From Azolla caroliniana (Eukaryota > Plantae > Polypodiophyta), in NCBI GenBank assembly GCA_043228905.1, contig JBHGNT010000006.1:17236001-17300000 (forward strand): a stretch of 64,000 nt of DNA, in the 5' to 3' direction. Positions 1-12,025 of this stretch are shown here, one piece after another (the stretch's first letter is position 1; every line of letters begins with the position of its first letter). A program made the translations under genes and the position numbers. The notes beneath the pieces were generated by a model, which made no database searches, was not told the origin of the DNA, and worked only from the letters and a program-made list of their open reading frames with translations.

Positions 1-68
1 AAGCTCCGGAACGGAGATATCCTCTAAGAGAGAGAAGGGCCCCCCGGAGATTTCCGGAACCAGAGCAC

Positions 69-1661
69 GTGCTGCTAACCGACGAGGGGGAGCCGGAGAA
101 TTTTGAAGAAGCAGAGCTTGACACACATAGCCGCAGGTGGTTAAGTGCCATGCAGGAGGAGATGGATTCCCTGCATGAGAACCACACATATGAACTTGTG
201 GAGTTGCCGAAAGGAAAGCGGGCACTTCGAAACAAGTGGGTGTTCAAGCTGAAACCGGGAGATGCCGGAAACCCCCCGAGATACAAAGCCAGGATCGTGG
301 TGAAGGGGTTCCAGCAGAAGAAGGGTGTGGACTTCGACGAGATATTTGCCCCGGTAGTGAAGATGACCTCCATCCGGACGGTGCTGAGCATAGCGGCAAG
401 CATGGACCTCGAGGTAGAACAGATGGACGTGAAGACGGCATTCCTTCACGGTGACCTCGAAGAAGAGATCTACATGCAGCAACCGGAAGGATTCGAGAAG
501 AAAGGAAAGGAGCACCTGGTATGCCGGTTGAAGAAGAGCCTCTACGGTCTGAAGCAGGCTCCCCGGCAATGGTACCGGAAGTTCGACTCCTTCATGACAG
601 ACGAAGGGTACCACAAAACGCAGACCGATCACTGCGTGTTTGTGAAGAAGTTCGAAGGAGGAGACTTTCTAATACTCCTCCTGTACGTGGACGACATGTT
701 GATCGTCGGACGGGACCAGGTCAAGATACGGATGCTGAAGAAGGCTCTTCACCGAACCTTCTCAATGAAGGACCTGGGTCCGGCGAGGCAAATATTAGGG
801 ATGCACATCATCCGGGACCGGAAGAAGAAGCAGTTGTGGTTGTCACAGGAGAAGTACGTGACAAAGGTGCTTCACCGGTTCAACATGTCGGAAGCAAGGC
901 CGGTCGGATCGACCCTCCCGGCAAACTGCAAGCTGTCCAGGAAGCAAAGCCCCAAGACAAAGGCTGAGAAGGAGGACATGATGAAAGTACCATATGCCTC
1001 TGCCGTCGGGAGCTTGATGTACGCGATGGTGTGTACCCGACCGGACATAGGATATGCAGTCGGAGTGGTGAGCCGGTACATGAGCAATCCCGGCAAAGAG
1101 CATTGGAACGCGGTCAAATGGATACTCCGATACCTGAAGGGCACGGCAAACATGTGCCTCCGATTCGGCTCCGGTAAGCCCGAACTCGATGGATTTACCG
1201 ATTCGGATATGTCGGCTGATGCAGATACCAGCCGGTCCACATCAGGGTATGTGATGACGTATGCAGGGGGAGCTGTTTCATGGCAGTCGAGGCTGCAGAA
1301 GACGGTTGCACTGTCAACCACGGAGGCGGAGTACATGGCGGCTGTTGAAGCCGGCAAGGAAATAATATGGATGAAGGACTTCATTAGAGAGCTCGGTATC
1401 CGGCAGGAGGAGTACCGACTCTACTGCGACAGTCAGAGTCCCATCCACCTTGCGAAGAACGCGGCCTATCACTCCCGGACGAAGCACATCCAGCGAAGAT
1501 ATCACTGGATCCGGGAAAGGATAGAAGACAAGGAGTTCGTGCTGACGAAGATCCACACGGACGAGAACGGGTCGGATATGCTGACTAAGGTACTTACACC
1601 CGACAAGCTGGAAGCATGCCGGAAGAGGATCGGATTGGAGAGACATCCCATGCCGAAGTGA
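69..1661 (+). CDS. Copia pol: reverse transcriptase + RNase H (5'-truncated by window edge)
   Basis: Open 530-aa frame with YVDD and RNase H motifs; near-identical to the copy in element E (offset 9752 bp). Confidence 0.93.
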   Translation: MLLTDEGEPENFEEAELDTHSRRWLSAMQEEMDSLHENHTYELVELPKGKRALRNKWVFKLKPGDAGNPPRYKARIVVKGFQQKKGVDFDEIFAPVVKMTSIRTVLSIAASMDLEVEQMDVKTAFLHGDLEEEIYMQQPEGFEKKGKEHLVCRLKKSLYGLKQAPRQWYRKFDSFMTDEGYHKTQTDHCVFVKKFEGGDFLILLLYVDDMLIVGRDQVKIRMLKKALHRTFSMKDLGPARQILGMHIIRDRKKKQLWLSQEKYVTKVLHRFNMSEARPVGSTLPANCKLSRKQSPKTKAEKEDMMKVPYASAVGSLMYAMVCTRPDIGYAVGVVSRYMSNPGKEHWNAVKWILRYLKGTANMCLRFGSGKPELDGFTDSDMSADADTSRSTSGYVMTYAGGAVSWQSRLQKTVALSTTEAEYMAAVEAGKEIIWMKDFIRELGIRQEEYRLYCDSQSPIHLAKNAAYHSRTKHIQRRYHWIRERIEDKEFVLTKIHTDENGSDMLTKVLTPDKLEACRKRIGLERHPMPK

Positions 1662-1671
1662 AGGGGGAGTT

Positions 1672-2397
1672 TGTTGGGATTTACGGTCCCTCCGGATGGG
1701 ATGTCCGGAGATGAATGACGGCAAGCCCGGTTGCGGTTACGGAACCGGAGGATGAAGAGTACCCGGCATGAAGCCGGATGAAGAGTACCCGGCTACGGAG
1801 CCGGATGATGAAGACCCGGCTACGAAGCCGGATGATGAAGACCCGGCTACGGAGCCGGATGACGAAGACCCGGCTACGGAACCGGATGACGAAGACCCGG
1901 CTACGGAGCCGGATGATGTATGTACCCGGAGAGAGATCCGGATGCGGGGACATATTTGTGAATATGTTTGCCAAGGGCCCTTGTGGCTATATTTGTAAAT
2001 AGCCGGAAAGTCATATGTGTATAAATATGACTTAGGGCAAACAGTTTTACGTTGCTGCTCATGTTTTCTGTTTTCCACTTAGAGAGAGTGAAGAGAGCAG
2101 CCGAGAGAGAGAGAGAGAGAGAGAGACGAAGAGGTCGTTGCCTCTGTGTATTACCGCCGCCTGTGGCGAAGACAGTGAGCTCAAGGTTGTTGCCTTGAAG
2201 CTTCACCATTGTACATCTCTGTTCATAGTGATAGTTGGAGTTTGAGGACTCCCGTGGTTTTTCCCGTATAGGGTTTTCCACGTTAATCCCTGTGTTATCG
2301 TGTCTTTCTCTGTGTTTCCTATTTTCTGCTGCATTGATTCGTGATTTCTCGGTTGTGGCCGAACGGTGAAGGTGAATCGGAGCGTTGATTCGCAACA
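1672..2397 (+). repeat. 3' LTR of element A, with 24-bp U3 tandem repeats and an (AG)n tract
   Basis: TGTTGGG...CGCAACA after the PPT; repeat unit ggagccggatgaYgaagacccggctac. Confidence 0.92.
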
Positions 2398-2633
2398 TTT
2401 ACGAATATGTCCCTTCATCCGGTGAGCACTTCTCACCGGGCCAGCATCATCTGGCTCTTGCCGGGCACTTGTCATCCAGTTCTCACCGGGTCTTCCGTAG
2501 TCGGGTACTCTTCATCCGGTTCTCACCGGGTCTTCCGTTGCCGGGTACTCCACATCTGGTTTCGGCCTTGGCCGAGTTTGCTCATCAGTACTGTTCTTCT
2601 CACTTCCCATCCAGAGGGACCTGTTTCCTAACA
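2398..2633 (-). repeat. 5' end of a related copia LTR (element B) interrupted by element A
   Basis: Reverse complement starts TGTTAGGAAACAGGTCCCTC, like the LTRs at 3844 and 26068; the body resembles the solo LTR at 39001. Confidence 0.75.
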
Positions 2634-3634
2634 CTTCCTTGGTCCCATCGGCTGCCTCCATTGCGCACTGACTCGCCTCGTCCACCACGACCACGGGGCC
2701 TATCTCCCTCCGTGTACAGCATCTTGTTGTCGGCATGCGTGCTCATTGATGCACCCGCGTGGTTCTCCTCTATAAGGAGCATCGACTGTAGGTCGAAAAA
2801 CGACGGTGTATTCTCCCGTGTACATACAACAGTTTGGAACGCTCCGAACTTCAACGCTAGTCCCCCAAGACAGATCTGCACCATCTCGGCTTCCTCGACG
2901 TTCACATCGATGGAGGCTAAGGAGTCACAGATATCTTTGATCTTCGAGGTGTAATCAGCCACGGACAAGTCGCGTTGTCGTAAGCTGCTCAACTCCTATC
3001 GGAGTTGAAGCTTCCTAGTTGTGGTGCTTGCGGCGAAAATTTTCTTCAGATTTCCCCAAGCATCTTTCGGCGTTTTTGCATGCCGAATGTAGCTTAGGAG
3101 TTGTTCACCCACACAAGACGCGAAGCAATATAGTACTTTGCTCGCCGTCTGTTCCCACACCGGGAAATCTCTGTGTGTCGATTCAGGTGCTATGTCATTT
3201 GCTCCATCGACATAGCTCCAGTAACCGTGCCTGAGCAGGTACTGGTGCATCTTGTAGGATCAAGATGCGTAGTTGTTTCTATCGAGCTTCTCCGTCGGAA
3301 GCGAGCTAGCCATGCCTCTATCCATCAGTTTTACTTGTTCTTCTTGGTTGGTTTTCCTTTCAAGCTATGTCAGCTGCAGAGGTTCTCAACCCTAGCGCTC
3401 TGATACCATGTAAAGAATAGCGTGCGGAAGCAAGTAGAAAACCGAACACAAAAAATATGCAGGTTTAATGGAGACCTTGAATATACATAGTATGCGGGAG
3501 AGAGGGAGAGAGGGAGAGAGAGAGAGAGAGAAGACACACAGAAATTCAAAACAAAATAATACTCAATTTGTACATTGGATGTGCTCAGTGAGCACTTTTA
3601 TACAAGTCCATATGGATTGATAGAAGTATTGACA
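2634..3634 (-). mobile_element. Copia element C 5' part (LTR, PBS-Met, degenerate gag) interrupted by B
   Basis: PBS gctctgatacca at 3397-3408; gag MASSLPTEKLDRNNYASW...YKMHQYL, same family as the gag at 27307; in-frame stop near 2996; LTR from 3409, outer end (~3634) uncertain. Confidence 0.8.
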
Positions 3635-4527
3635 CGTACTTCAATGCTCATAACTGAGCTCCCAAGGGTTTGCATAGGATGAACTCCTTCTAATAAGATA
3701 ATAAGACTATTGCTTCTAGGACTATCGCTTACTGTAGAGCCTTTGCGTATAGTCTTGGGAGCATCAGGTGTGCCGAGTCGGGTTGGTTTTTCACTCGCGA
3801 GTCGCGACGCGAGTAGTAAAACCGAGCCGAGAGTGGCTCTATCTGTTGGGAGACAGGTCCCTCCGGATGGGAAGGGAGAAGAACAGTGCCTAAATGGTAT
3901 GAACCGGATGGGGAGTACCCGACTGGGGAGAGCCGGATGGTGTAGACCCGGTATGAACCGGATAGGGAGTACCCGACTTCAGAGAGCCGGATGGTGCAGG
4001 CCCGGTATGAACCGGAGGAAGAGACATATTTGTAAATATGTTTCTGAGAGCCCATTGAGGCTACATTTGTAAATAGCCGAAAAGTCATATTAGTATAAAT
4101 ATGACTTAGGGCAAACTTTTGTTTTTGTTGTTGTTTTATTGTTGTTATTCTTCCTTGTTGGTGCAAGAAGAAGGGAGAGCGTGCAACTGTACAGAGAGAG
4201 AGAGAGAGAGAGAGACACGAGGTCGTTGCCTCTGTTGTAACCGCCACCTGTGGCGAAGATCTGAGAGCACGAGGTCGTTGCCTCAGTGATCTCACTGTTG
4301 TATATTCCTACATAGTGACAGTTTGCAGCCTGTGGGCTGCCGTGGTTTTTCCCTTATTTTTGGGGTTTTCCACGTAAACCTCCTGTGTACCATTTCTCCC
4401 CTTGGTGTCGCGTTTCATTACCTGTTTTTTTTCTGTGTATGAAAAGAATCTCGGTTGTGGCCGAGCGTCGAACATAAGGAACGTCGAGTTCTCAACAAGT
4501 GGTATCAGAGCGAAATCGACACAGAAA

Positions 4528-6715
4528 ATGGACGAATCGTTTGGCGGCATGTTCAAGCTCACCGGCTCCAACTATTCAGTGTGGAAGTCGAAGATGAGGG
4601 ACATGCTCGTGGTTAAAGACCTCTAGCTGCCGGTTCAGTTCGGGGACAAGAGACCGGACAAAATCGACGCCGCGATATGGGAGGTGATGCACATGAAGAC
4701 AACGGCGTACATACGGTGCTTCATCGACATGAGCCTGTACAACAACTTCAATGAAGAGAGCAAGGCTCATGAGCTCTGGGAGAAGATCGGCATAATGTTC
4801 CAGAACAAAAATGCTGTCAATCAGGTGTCGGTATTCCGGAAGCTAGTAAGACTCCGGTACCAAGATGGCTCCAGCATGGCGGAGCATATGAATGCCTTCC
4901 AGGGGCTGATTCACCAGGCAACGTCATTGGAAGTACCTCTTGCCGATGAGGTCCTAGCGCTACTCCTACTCAGTTCCCTCCCGGATAGCTGGGACACGTT
5001 GGTTGTCAATTTGGGCAACGCCGGGCCGGAAGGAAAACGGTTATCCCTAGCAAGAGTAAAGTCGAGCTTGCTAGATGAGGAGGCTCGTCGGAAAGACAAA
5101 GATACGAGCTCCGACTCCAAAGCGCTCCTTACCGAATCGGAACGTGGAAGACATAGAAACCGTAGTCCCCAGAACCGGGAGAAGTCGGGGACACGGTCAA
5201 AGTCAAGGGGGAGGCCTACTTGCTTCTATTGCGGCAAGCCGGGGCACTTCCAAAAGAACTGTCGGCATTTCCGTAAAGACAAGGAAACCAACGGTACCGA
5301 TTCGAAGCAAACCCCGAACCGGAACGGTACAGACCGGAATGGTAAAGACCGGAGGGGGCCGGACCGGAAGGGAACGACGGCAATTGCGGCAAGTGAAGAG
5401 GAGTTGATGCTCATCACCGAGGAGAGTGAGATAAACCTTGCCGGCGACGAGATGACCTGGGTGGTAGACTCTGGAGCGTCGTTCCACCTTACCCCGAACC
5501 GGAAATGCTTCTCATCCTACTCAGCCGGTGATCACGGCTGTGTCCGGATGGGGAATGAAGGAACATGCCGAATTGTCGGCATAGGAGACGTGTGGCTGAC
5601 AACACCAACCGGATGCAAGTTGCTGTTAAAGGATGTCCGACACGTTCCGGAAGTTCGTCTGAACCTGATATCAGCCGGTCGGCTAGATGATGAGGGCTAC
5701 ACGGGTAGCATCCGGAACGGTGTCATGAAGTTCAACAAAGGGAGCCTGATTGTGGCTCGGGCCCAGAAGGTAAACACACTGTACCTGATGAATGCCCGGT
5801 TATGTCCGGAAGAAGTGAACGTGGCTTCCGACACTCCCGGTGAGCTGTGGCACAAGAGGCTATGTCACATGAGTGAGAAGGGGATGAAGAGGCTTGCAGA
5901 CGACAACCTCATTCCAGTGAAGAACGTGCACTTAGAGAAGTGCACTGACTGTCTGGCCGGTAAGCAGAACCGGACCTCCTTCCGACCAAGGCCACCGATG
6001 AGACGTAATGCACCACTGGAGTTGGTGCATACGGATGTTTGTCAAGTAGACACGAAGTCACATGCCGGAGCACAGTACTTCGTGACGTTCATAGACGACC
6101 ACAGCCGGAAGCTGTGGGCCACACCGCTGAAGACGAAGGATCAGGTGTTATCAGTCTTCAAAGAGCTCCACGCGAGAGTGGAAAGAGAAACCGGCCGGAA
6201 GCTGAAGGCGGTTCGAGCAAATAACGGAGGAGAGTACCGGGGGCAGTTCGAGGAGTACTGCCGCTCAAAGGGAATCCGGCTCGAATTTACCGTGCCGAAG
6301 ACGCCGGAACTAAACGGACTGGCCGAGAGGATGAACCGGACCATAATGGAGAGGGTCTAGAGTATGCTAGCGCATGCAAACTACCCAAGAAGTTTTGGGC
6401 TGAGGCACTGTCGACGGCGACATATGTGATAAACAGATCACCCTCAGTACCCTTGGACGGAGACACGCCACAGAGAGTATGGACTGGTAAGGAAATTTCC
6501 TACCGGCATCTAAGGGTGTTCGGGTGTCTCGCGTACGTGCATGTAGCAAAGGACCGGAGAGGAAAGTTAGATCCAAAGACCCGGCCATGCATATTCCTCG
6601 GTTACGGTGACGATGAGTTCGGCTACCGAGTGTGGGACCCGGTCGACAAGAAGGTATTCCGGAGTCGAGATATTATCTTCATGGAGGACAACACGCTCGC
6701 CGACTGGGAGTCGGA
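4528..6715 (+). pseudogene. Element D gag-protease-integrase (premature stops, frameshift, interrupted by E)
   Basis: ATG 4528; stops at 4624 and 6358; zinc knuckle CFYCGKPGHFQKNC, protease WVVDSGAS, GAG-pre-integrase LWHKRLCH, integrase HTDVC...NGGEY...ERMNRT. Confidence 0.9.
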
Positions 6716-9700
6716 TGTTGGGATTTACGGTCCCTCCGGATGGGATGTCCGGAGATGAATGACGGCAAGCCCGGTTGCGGTTACGGAACCGGAGGATGAA
6801 GAGTACCCGGCATGAAGCCGGATGAAGAGTACCCGGCATGAAGCCGGATGAAGAGTACCCGGCTACGGAGCCGGATGATGAAGACCCGGCTACGGAGCCG
6901 GATGACGAAGACCCGGCTACGGAGCCGGATGAGGAAGACCCGGCTACGGAGCCGGATGAGGAAGACCCGGCTACGGAACCGGATGACGAAGACCCGGCTA
7001 CGGAGCCAGATGATGTATGTACCCGGAGAGAGATCCGGATGCGGGGACATATTTGTGAATATGTTTGCCAAGGGCCCTTGTGGCTATATTTGTAAATAGC
7101 TGGAAAGTCATATGTGTATAAATATGACTTAGGGCAAACAGTTTTATGTTGCTGCTCATGTTTTCTGTTTTCCACTTAGAGAGAGTGAAGAGAGCAGCCG
7201 AGAGAGAGAGAGAGAGAGAGAGACGAAGAGGTCGTTGCCTCTGTGTATTACCGCCGCCTGTGGCGAAGACAGTGAGCTCAAGGTGAATCGGAGCGTTGAT
7301 TCGCAACAAAGTGGTATCAGAGCGACGGCAGTGCAGAAAATGGAAGGCGGCAACAGCGGGCAACCGGGGATGATGGTGCTGAATGCGCAGAACTACGCCG
7401 ACTGGAAGATCAAGATGGAGGATCTTCTGATTGTTCGGGACCTGTACGAACCGATTGACAGGTCGGAAATACCGAAGGGGGTACTTGAGACGGAATGGAG
7501 GCTTCTGAACCGGAAAGCCGTTGCAACCATTCGGCAATACGTCGACGTGAGCGTTCTACAACATGTGGCGAACGACACCAACGCATACGAGATGTGGCGG
7601 AAGCTGTCGGGCCTCTACGAGAGGAAGAATGCGTTGAACCGGACCTCCCTGATGAGGAAGATAGTGAACCTCAAGTACCGGGACGGCGAGAGCATGGTGG
7701 AACACGTAAGCACGTTCATGGGATTCGTGAACCAGCTTGCGGCGATCAAGTTCCCGCTGGAGGATGCAATGCAAGCCATCATTCTGATGTGTACATTGCC
7801 GGAATGCTGGGAGAACTTGGTGGTGACTCTCAGCACCTCCTGCACCGAAGATAACTTGTCTCTACAAACGGTAAAGACAAGTATTTTGAACGAAGAAGCG
7901 CGTCGGAGAGATAAAGAACCGGCCTCCGACCCGAAGGCGCTGCTTACCGAATCGGAACGGGGAAGACACTGGAACCGGAGTCCGCAAAGACGGGAGAAGT
8001 CGGGGACCCGGTCGCAGTCAAGAGGAAGACCCACATGCTTCCACTGTGGGAAGCCGGGGCACTTCCGGAAGAATTGTCGGCATTACCGAAAGGACAACGG
8101 AGCCGACGACACCGATTCGAAGAAGTCACCGGAGAGAAACGGTGCATACCGGGGAGCCACGGACCGGAGAGGTCCGGATCGGCGAGGGCAGGACCAGAAA
8201 GGAACGACGGCACTCGCGGCAAGTGAAGAAGAAATAATGCTCATTACCGAAGAGAGGGAGTTGAACCTTGCCGGTGAAGAGATGACCTGGGTGGTCGATT
8301 CCGGAGCGTCGTTCCACCTGACCCCGGAGAAGAAATACTTCTCATCCTACATAGCCGGTGAGCACGGCTGTGTCCGGATGGGAAATGAAGGTACGTGCCG
8401 GATTGCCGGCATAGGAGACGTGTGGCTGATGACATCAACCGGATGCAAGATGCTGCTGAAGGATGTTCGACACGTTCCGGAGGTTCGATTGAACCTGATT
8501 TCGGCCGGGAGGCTAGACGATGAAGGCTACACGGGTAGCATCCGGAACGGTGTCATGAAGTTCAGCAAAGGGAGCCTGATAGTGGCTCGGGCCCGGAAGA
8601 TCAACACACTGTACCTTATGAATGCCCGGTTGTGTCCGGAAGAGTTGAACGTGGCAGCCGACACTGCCGGTGAGTTGTGGCACAAGAGACTGTGCCACAT
8701 GAGTGAGAAGGGGATGAAGAGGCTTGCAGAAGACAACCTTATTCCAGTGAAGCATGTGCACCTGGAGAAGTGCACCGACTGTCTGGCCGGTAAGCAAAAC
8801 CGGACCTCCTTCCACTCAAGGCCACCGACGAGACGTAGCGCACCATTGGAGCTGGTGCACACTGACGTGTGTCAAGTAGAAACGAAGTCACATGGCGGAG
8901 CCCAGTACTTCGTGACATTCATAGATGACCATAGCCGGAAGCTGTGGACGGCACCGTTGAAGACAAAGGACCAAGTATTGTCCGTCTTCAAAGAACTCCA
9001 CGCGAGAGTGGAAAGAGAATCCGGCAAGAAGCTGAAAGCGATACGAGCGGATAACGGAGGAGAATACCGAGGGCAATTTGAGGAGTATTGCCGTTCGATG
9101 GGAATCCGGCTCGAGTTTACCGTGCCAAAGACGCCGGAACTGAACGGGCTGGCCGAGAGGATGAACCGGACCATAATGGAGAGGGTCCGGAGCATGCTGG
9201 CGCATGCGAAATTACCCAAGGGGTTTTGGGCTGAGGCAATGTCGACGGCGACATACGTGATAAACAGATCACCCTCAGTACCTTTGGATGGAGACACGCC
9301 GCAAAGAGTGTGGACCGGTAGGGAAGTATCCTACCGGCATCTGAAGGTGTTCGGGTGTCTCGCATATGTGCATGTGGCAAAGGACCGGAGAGGAAAGCTA
9401 GATCCAAAGACCCGGCCATGCATATTCCTCAGTTACGGCAACGACGAGTTCGGCTACCGAGTATGGGACCCGGTCGACAAGAAGATATTCAGGAGTCGAG
9501 ATATCATCTTCATGGAGGACAAGACACTCGCCGACTGGGAGTCGGAGAAGAAGATGAAGAGCTCCAAGTCGACTGGTGAGGATCAACTCTACAAGGAGCA
9601 GTCCCGACCGGCAAGAGACCGGTTAGCACTCGAGGATCCGGCCGAAGACGGTGAAGAAACAGAACCGGCCGAGGAAGATGAAACTGATACCGGAACCGGC

Positions 9701-11905
9701 CCCGATCCCGAAATGGATTCGAATGAAGAGGAAACGGAGGAGCCGGTTACCGAAGCCCCGGAACGGAGATATCCTCTAAGAGAGAGAAGGGCCCCCCGGA
9801 GATTTCCGGAACCAGAGCACGTGCTGCTAACCGACGAGGGGGAGCCGGAGAATTTTGAAGAAGCAGAGCTTGACACACATAGCCGCAGGTGGTTAAGTGC
9901 CATGCAGGAGGAGATGGATTCCCTGCATGAGAACCACACATATGAACTTGTGGAGTTGCCGAAAGGAAAGCGGGCACTTCGAAACAATTGGGTGTTCAAG
10001 CTGAAACCGGGAGATGCCGGAAACCCCCCGAGATACAAAGCCAGGATCGTGGTGAAGGGGTTCCAGCAGAAGAAGGGTGTGGACTTCGACGAGATATTTG
10101 CCCCGGTAGTGAAGATGACCTCCATCCGGACGGTGCTGAGCATAGCGGCAAGCATGGACCTCGAGGTAGAACAGATGGACGTGAAGACGGCATTCCTTCA
10201 CGGTGACCTCGAAGAAGAGATCTACATGCAGCAACCGGAAGGATTCGAGAAGAAAGGAAAGGAGCACCTGGTATGCCGGTTGAAGAAGAGCCTCTACGGT
10301 CTGAAGCAGGCTCCCCGGCAATGGTACCGGAAGTTCGACTCCTTCATGACAGACGAAGGGTACCACAAAACGCAGACCGATCACTGCGTGTTTGTGAAGA
10401 AGTTCGAAGGAGGAGACTTTCTAATACTCCTCCTGTACGTGGACGACATGTTGATCGTCGGACGGGACCAGGGCAAGATACGGATGCTGAAGAAAGCACT
10501 TCACCGAACCTTCTCAATGAAGGACCTGGGTCCGGCGAGGCAAATACTAGGGATGCACATCATCCGGGACCGGAAGAAGAAGCAGTTGTGGTTGTCACAG
10601 GAGAAGTACGTGACAAAGGTGCTTCACCGGTTCAACATGTCGGAAGCAAGGCCGGTCGGATCGACCCTCCCGGCAAACTGCAAGCTGTCCAGGAAGCAAA
10701 GCCCCAAGACAAAGGCTGAGAAGGAGGACATGATGAAAGTACCATATGCCTCTGCCGTCGGGAGCTTGATGTACGCGATGGTGTGTACCCGACCGCACAT
10801 AGGATATGCAGTCGGAGTGGTGAGCCGGTACATGAGCAATCCCGGCAAAGAGCATTGGAACGCGGTCAAGTGGATACTCTGATACCTGAAGGGCACGGCA
10901 AACATGTGCCTCCGATTCGGCTCCGGTAAGCCCGAACTCGATGGATTTACCGATTCGGATATGTCGGCTGATGCAGATACCAGCCGGTCCACATCAGGGT
11001 ATGTGATGACGTATGCAGGGGGAGCTGTTTCATGGCAGTCGAGGCTGCAGAAGACGGTTGCACTGTCAACCACGGAGGCGGAGTACATGGCGGCAGTTGA
11101 AGCCGGCAAGGAAATAATATGGATGAAGGACTTCATTAGAGAGCTCGGTATCCGGCAGGAGGAGTACCGACTCTACTGCGACAGTCAGAGTGCCATCCAC
11201 CTTGCGAAGAACGCGGCCTATCACTCCGGGACGAAGCACATCCAGCGAAGATATCACTGGATCCGGGAAAGGATAGAAGACAAGGAGTTCGTGCTGACGA
11301 AGATCCACACGGACGAGAACGGGTCGGATATGCTGACTAAGGTACTTACACCCGACAAGCTGGAAGCATGCCGGAAGAGGATCGGATTGGAGAGACATCC
11401 CATGCCGAAGTGAAGGGGGAGTTTGTTGGGATTTACGGTCCCTCCGGATGGGATGTCCGGAGATGAATGACGGCAAGCCCGGTTGCGGTTACGGAACCGG
11501 AGGATGAAGAGTACCCGGCATGAAGCCGGATGAAGAGTACCCGGCATGAAGCCGGATGAAGAGTACCCGGCTACGGAGCCGGATGAGGAAGACCCGGCTA
11601 CGGAGCCGGATGACGAAGACCCGGCTACGGAGCCGGATGACGAAGACCCGGCTACGGAGCCGGATGACGAAGACCCGGCTACGGAACCGGATGACGAAGA
11701 CCCGGCTACGGAGCCGGATGATGTATGTACCCGGAGAGAGATCCGGATGCGGGGACATATTTGTGAATATGTTTGCCAAGGGCCCTTGTGGCTATATTTG
11801 TAAATAGCCGGAAAGTCATATGTGTATAAATATGACTTAGGGCAAACAGTTTTATGTTGCTGCTCATGTTTTCTGTTTTCCACTTAGAGAGAGTGAAGAG
11901 AGCAG

Positions 11906-11937
<32 letters not shown>

Positions 11938-12020
11938 AAGAGGTCGTTGCCTCTGTGTATTACCGCCGCCTGTGGCGAAGACAGTGAGCTCAAGGTGAAT
12001 CGGAGCGTTGATTCGCAACA
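6716..12020 (+). mobile_element. Full-length copia element E (same family as A) nested in D
   Basis: LTRs 6716-7308 and 11424-12020; TSD tcgga at 6711-6715 and 12021-12025; PBS 7312-7323; PPT 11413-11421. Confidence 0.97.
7340..11413 (+). pseudogene. Element E gag-pol polyprotein with one premature stop (CGA>TGA at 10880)
   Basis: Single frame from ATG 7340 with gag, zinc knuckle, protease, integrase and RT; the frame resumes after the stop into RNase H; copy A has CGA at the homologous site. Confidence 0.93.
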
Positions 12021-12025
12021 TCGGA

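Larger units (their letters stand above)
1..2397 (+). mobile_element. Ty1/copia LTR retrotransposon A (3' part: RT/RNase H, PPT, 3' LTR); 5' part lies outside the window
   Basis: ORF to 1661 with RT motifs (YKARIVVKGF, LKKSLYGLKQAPRQW, LYVDDM) and RNase H (FTDSD, STTEAEY); PPT aagggggag 1661-1669; LTR TG...CA 1672-2397. Confidence 0.95.

Noticed and set aside
141-1384. Numerous antisense and alternative-frame ORFs over the copia pol regions
   Set aside because: Shadow ORFs of GC-rich coding sequence with no recognisable motifs.
1745-1920. CRISPR-like appearance of regularly spaced repeats
   Set aside because: Head-to-tail units with no unique spacers, inside LTRs, with no cas genes; eukaryotic context.
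1737-2078. ORFs with repetitive peptides (DPATEPDDE, SSSGSVAG, RLRSRV), also at 6781-7175 and 11489-11883
   Set aside because: Translations of the stop-free 24-bp LTR U3 tandem repeat, not genes.
7235-7339. N-terminal extension of the 1215-aa ORF
   Set aside because: Lies in the LTR/PBS with a TTG start; the real start is most likely ATG 7340.
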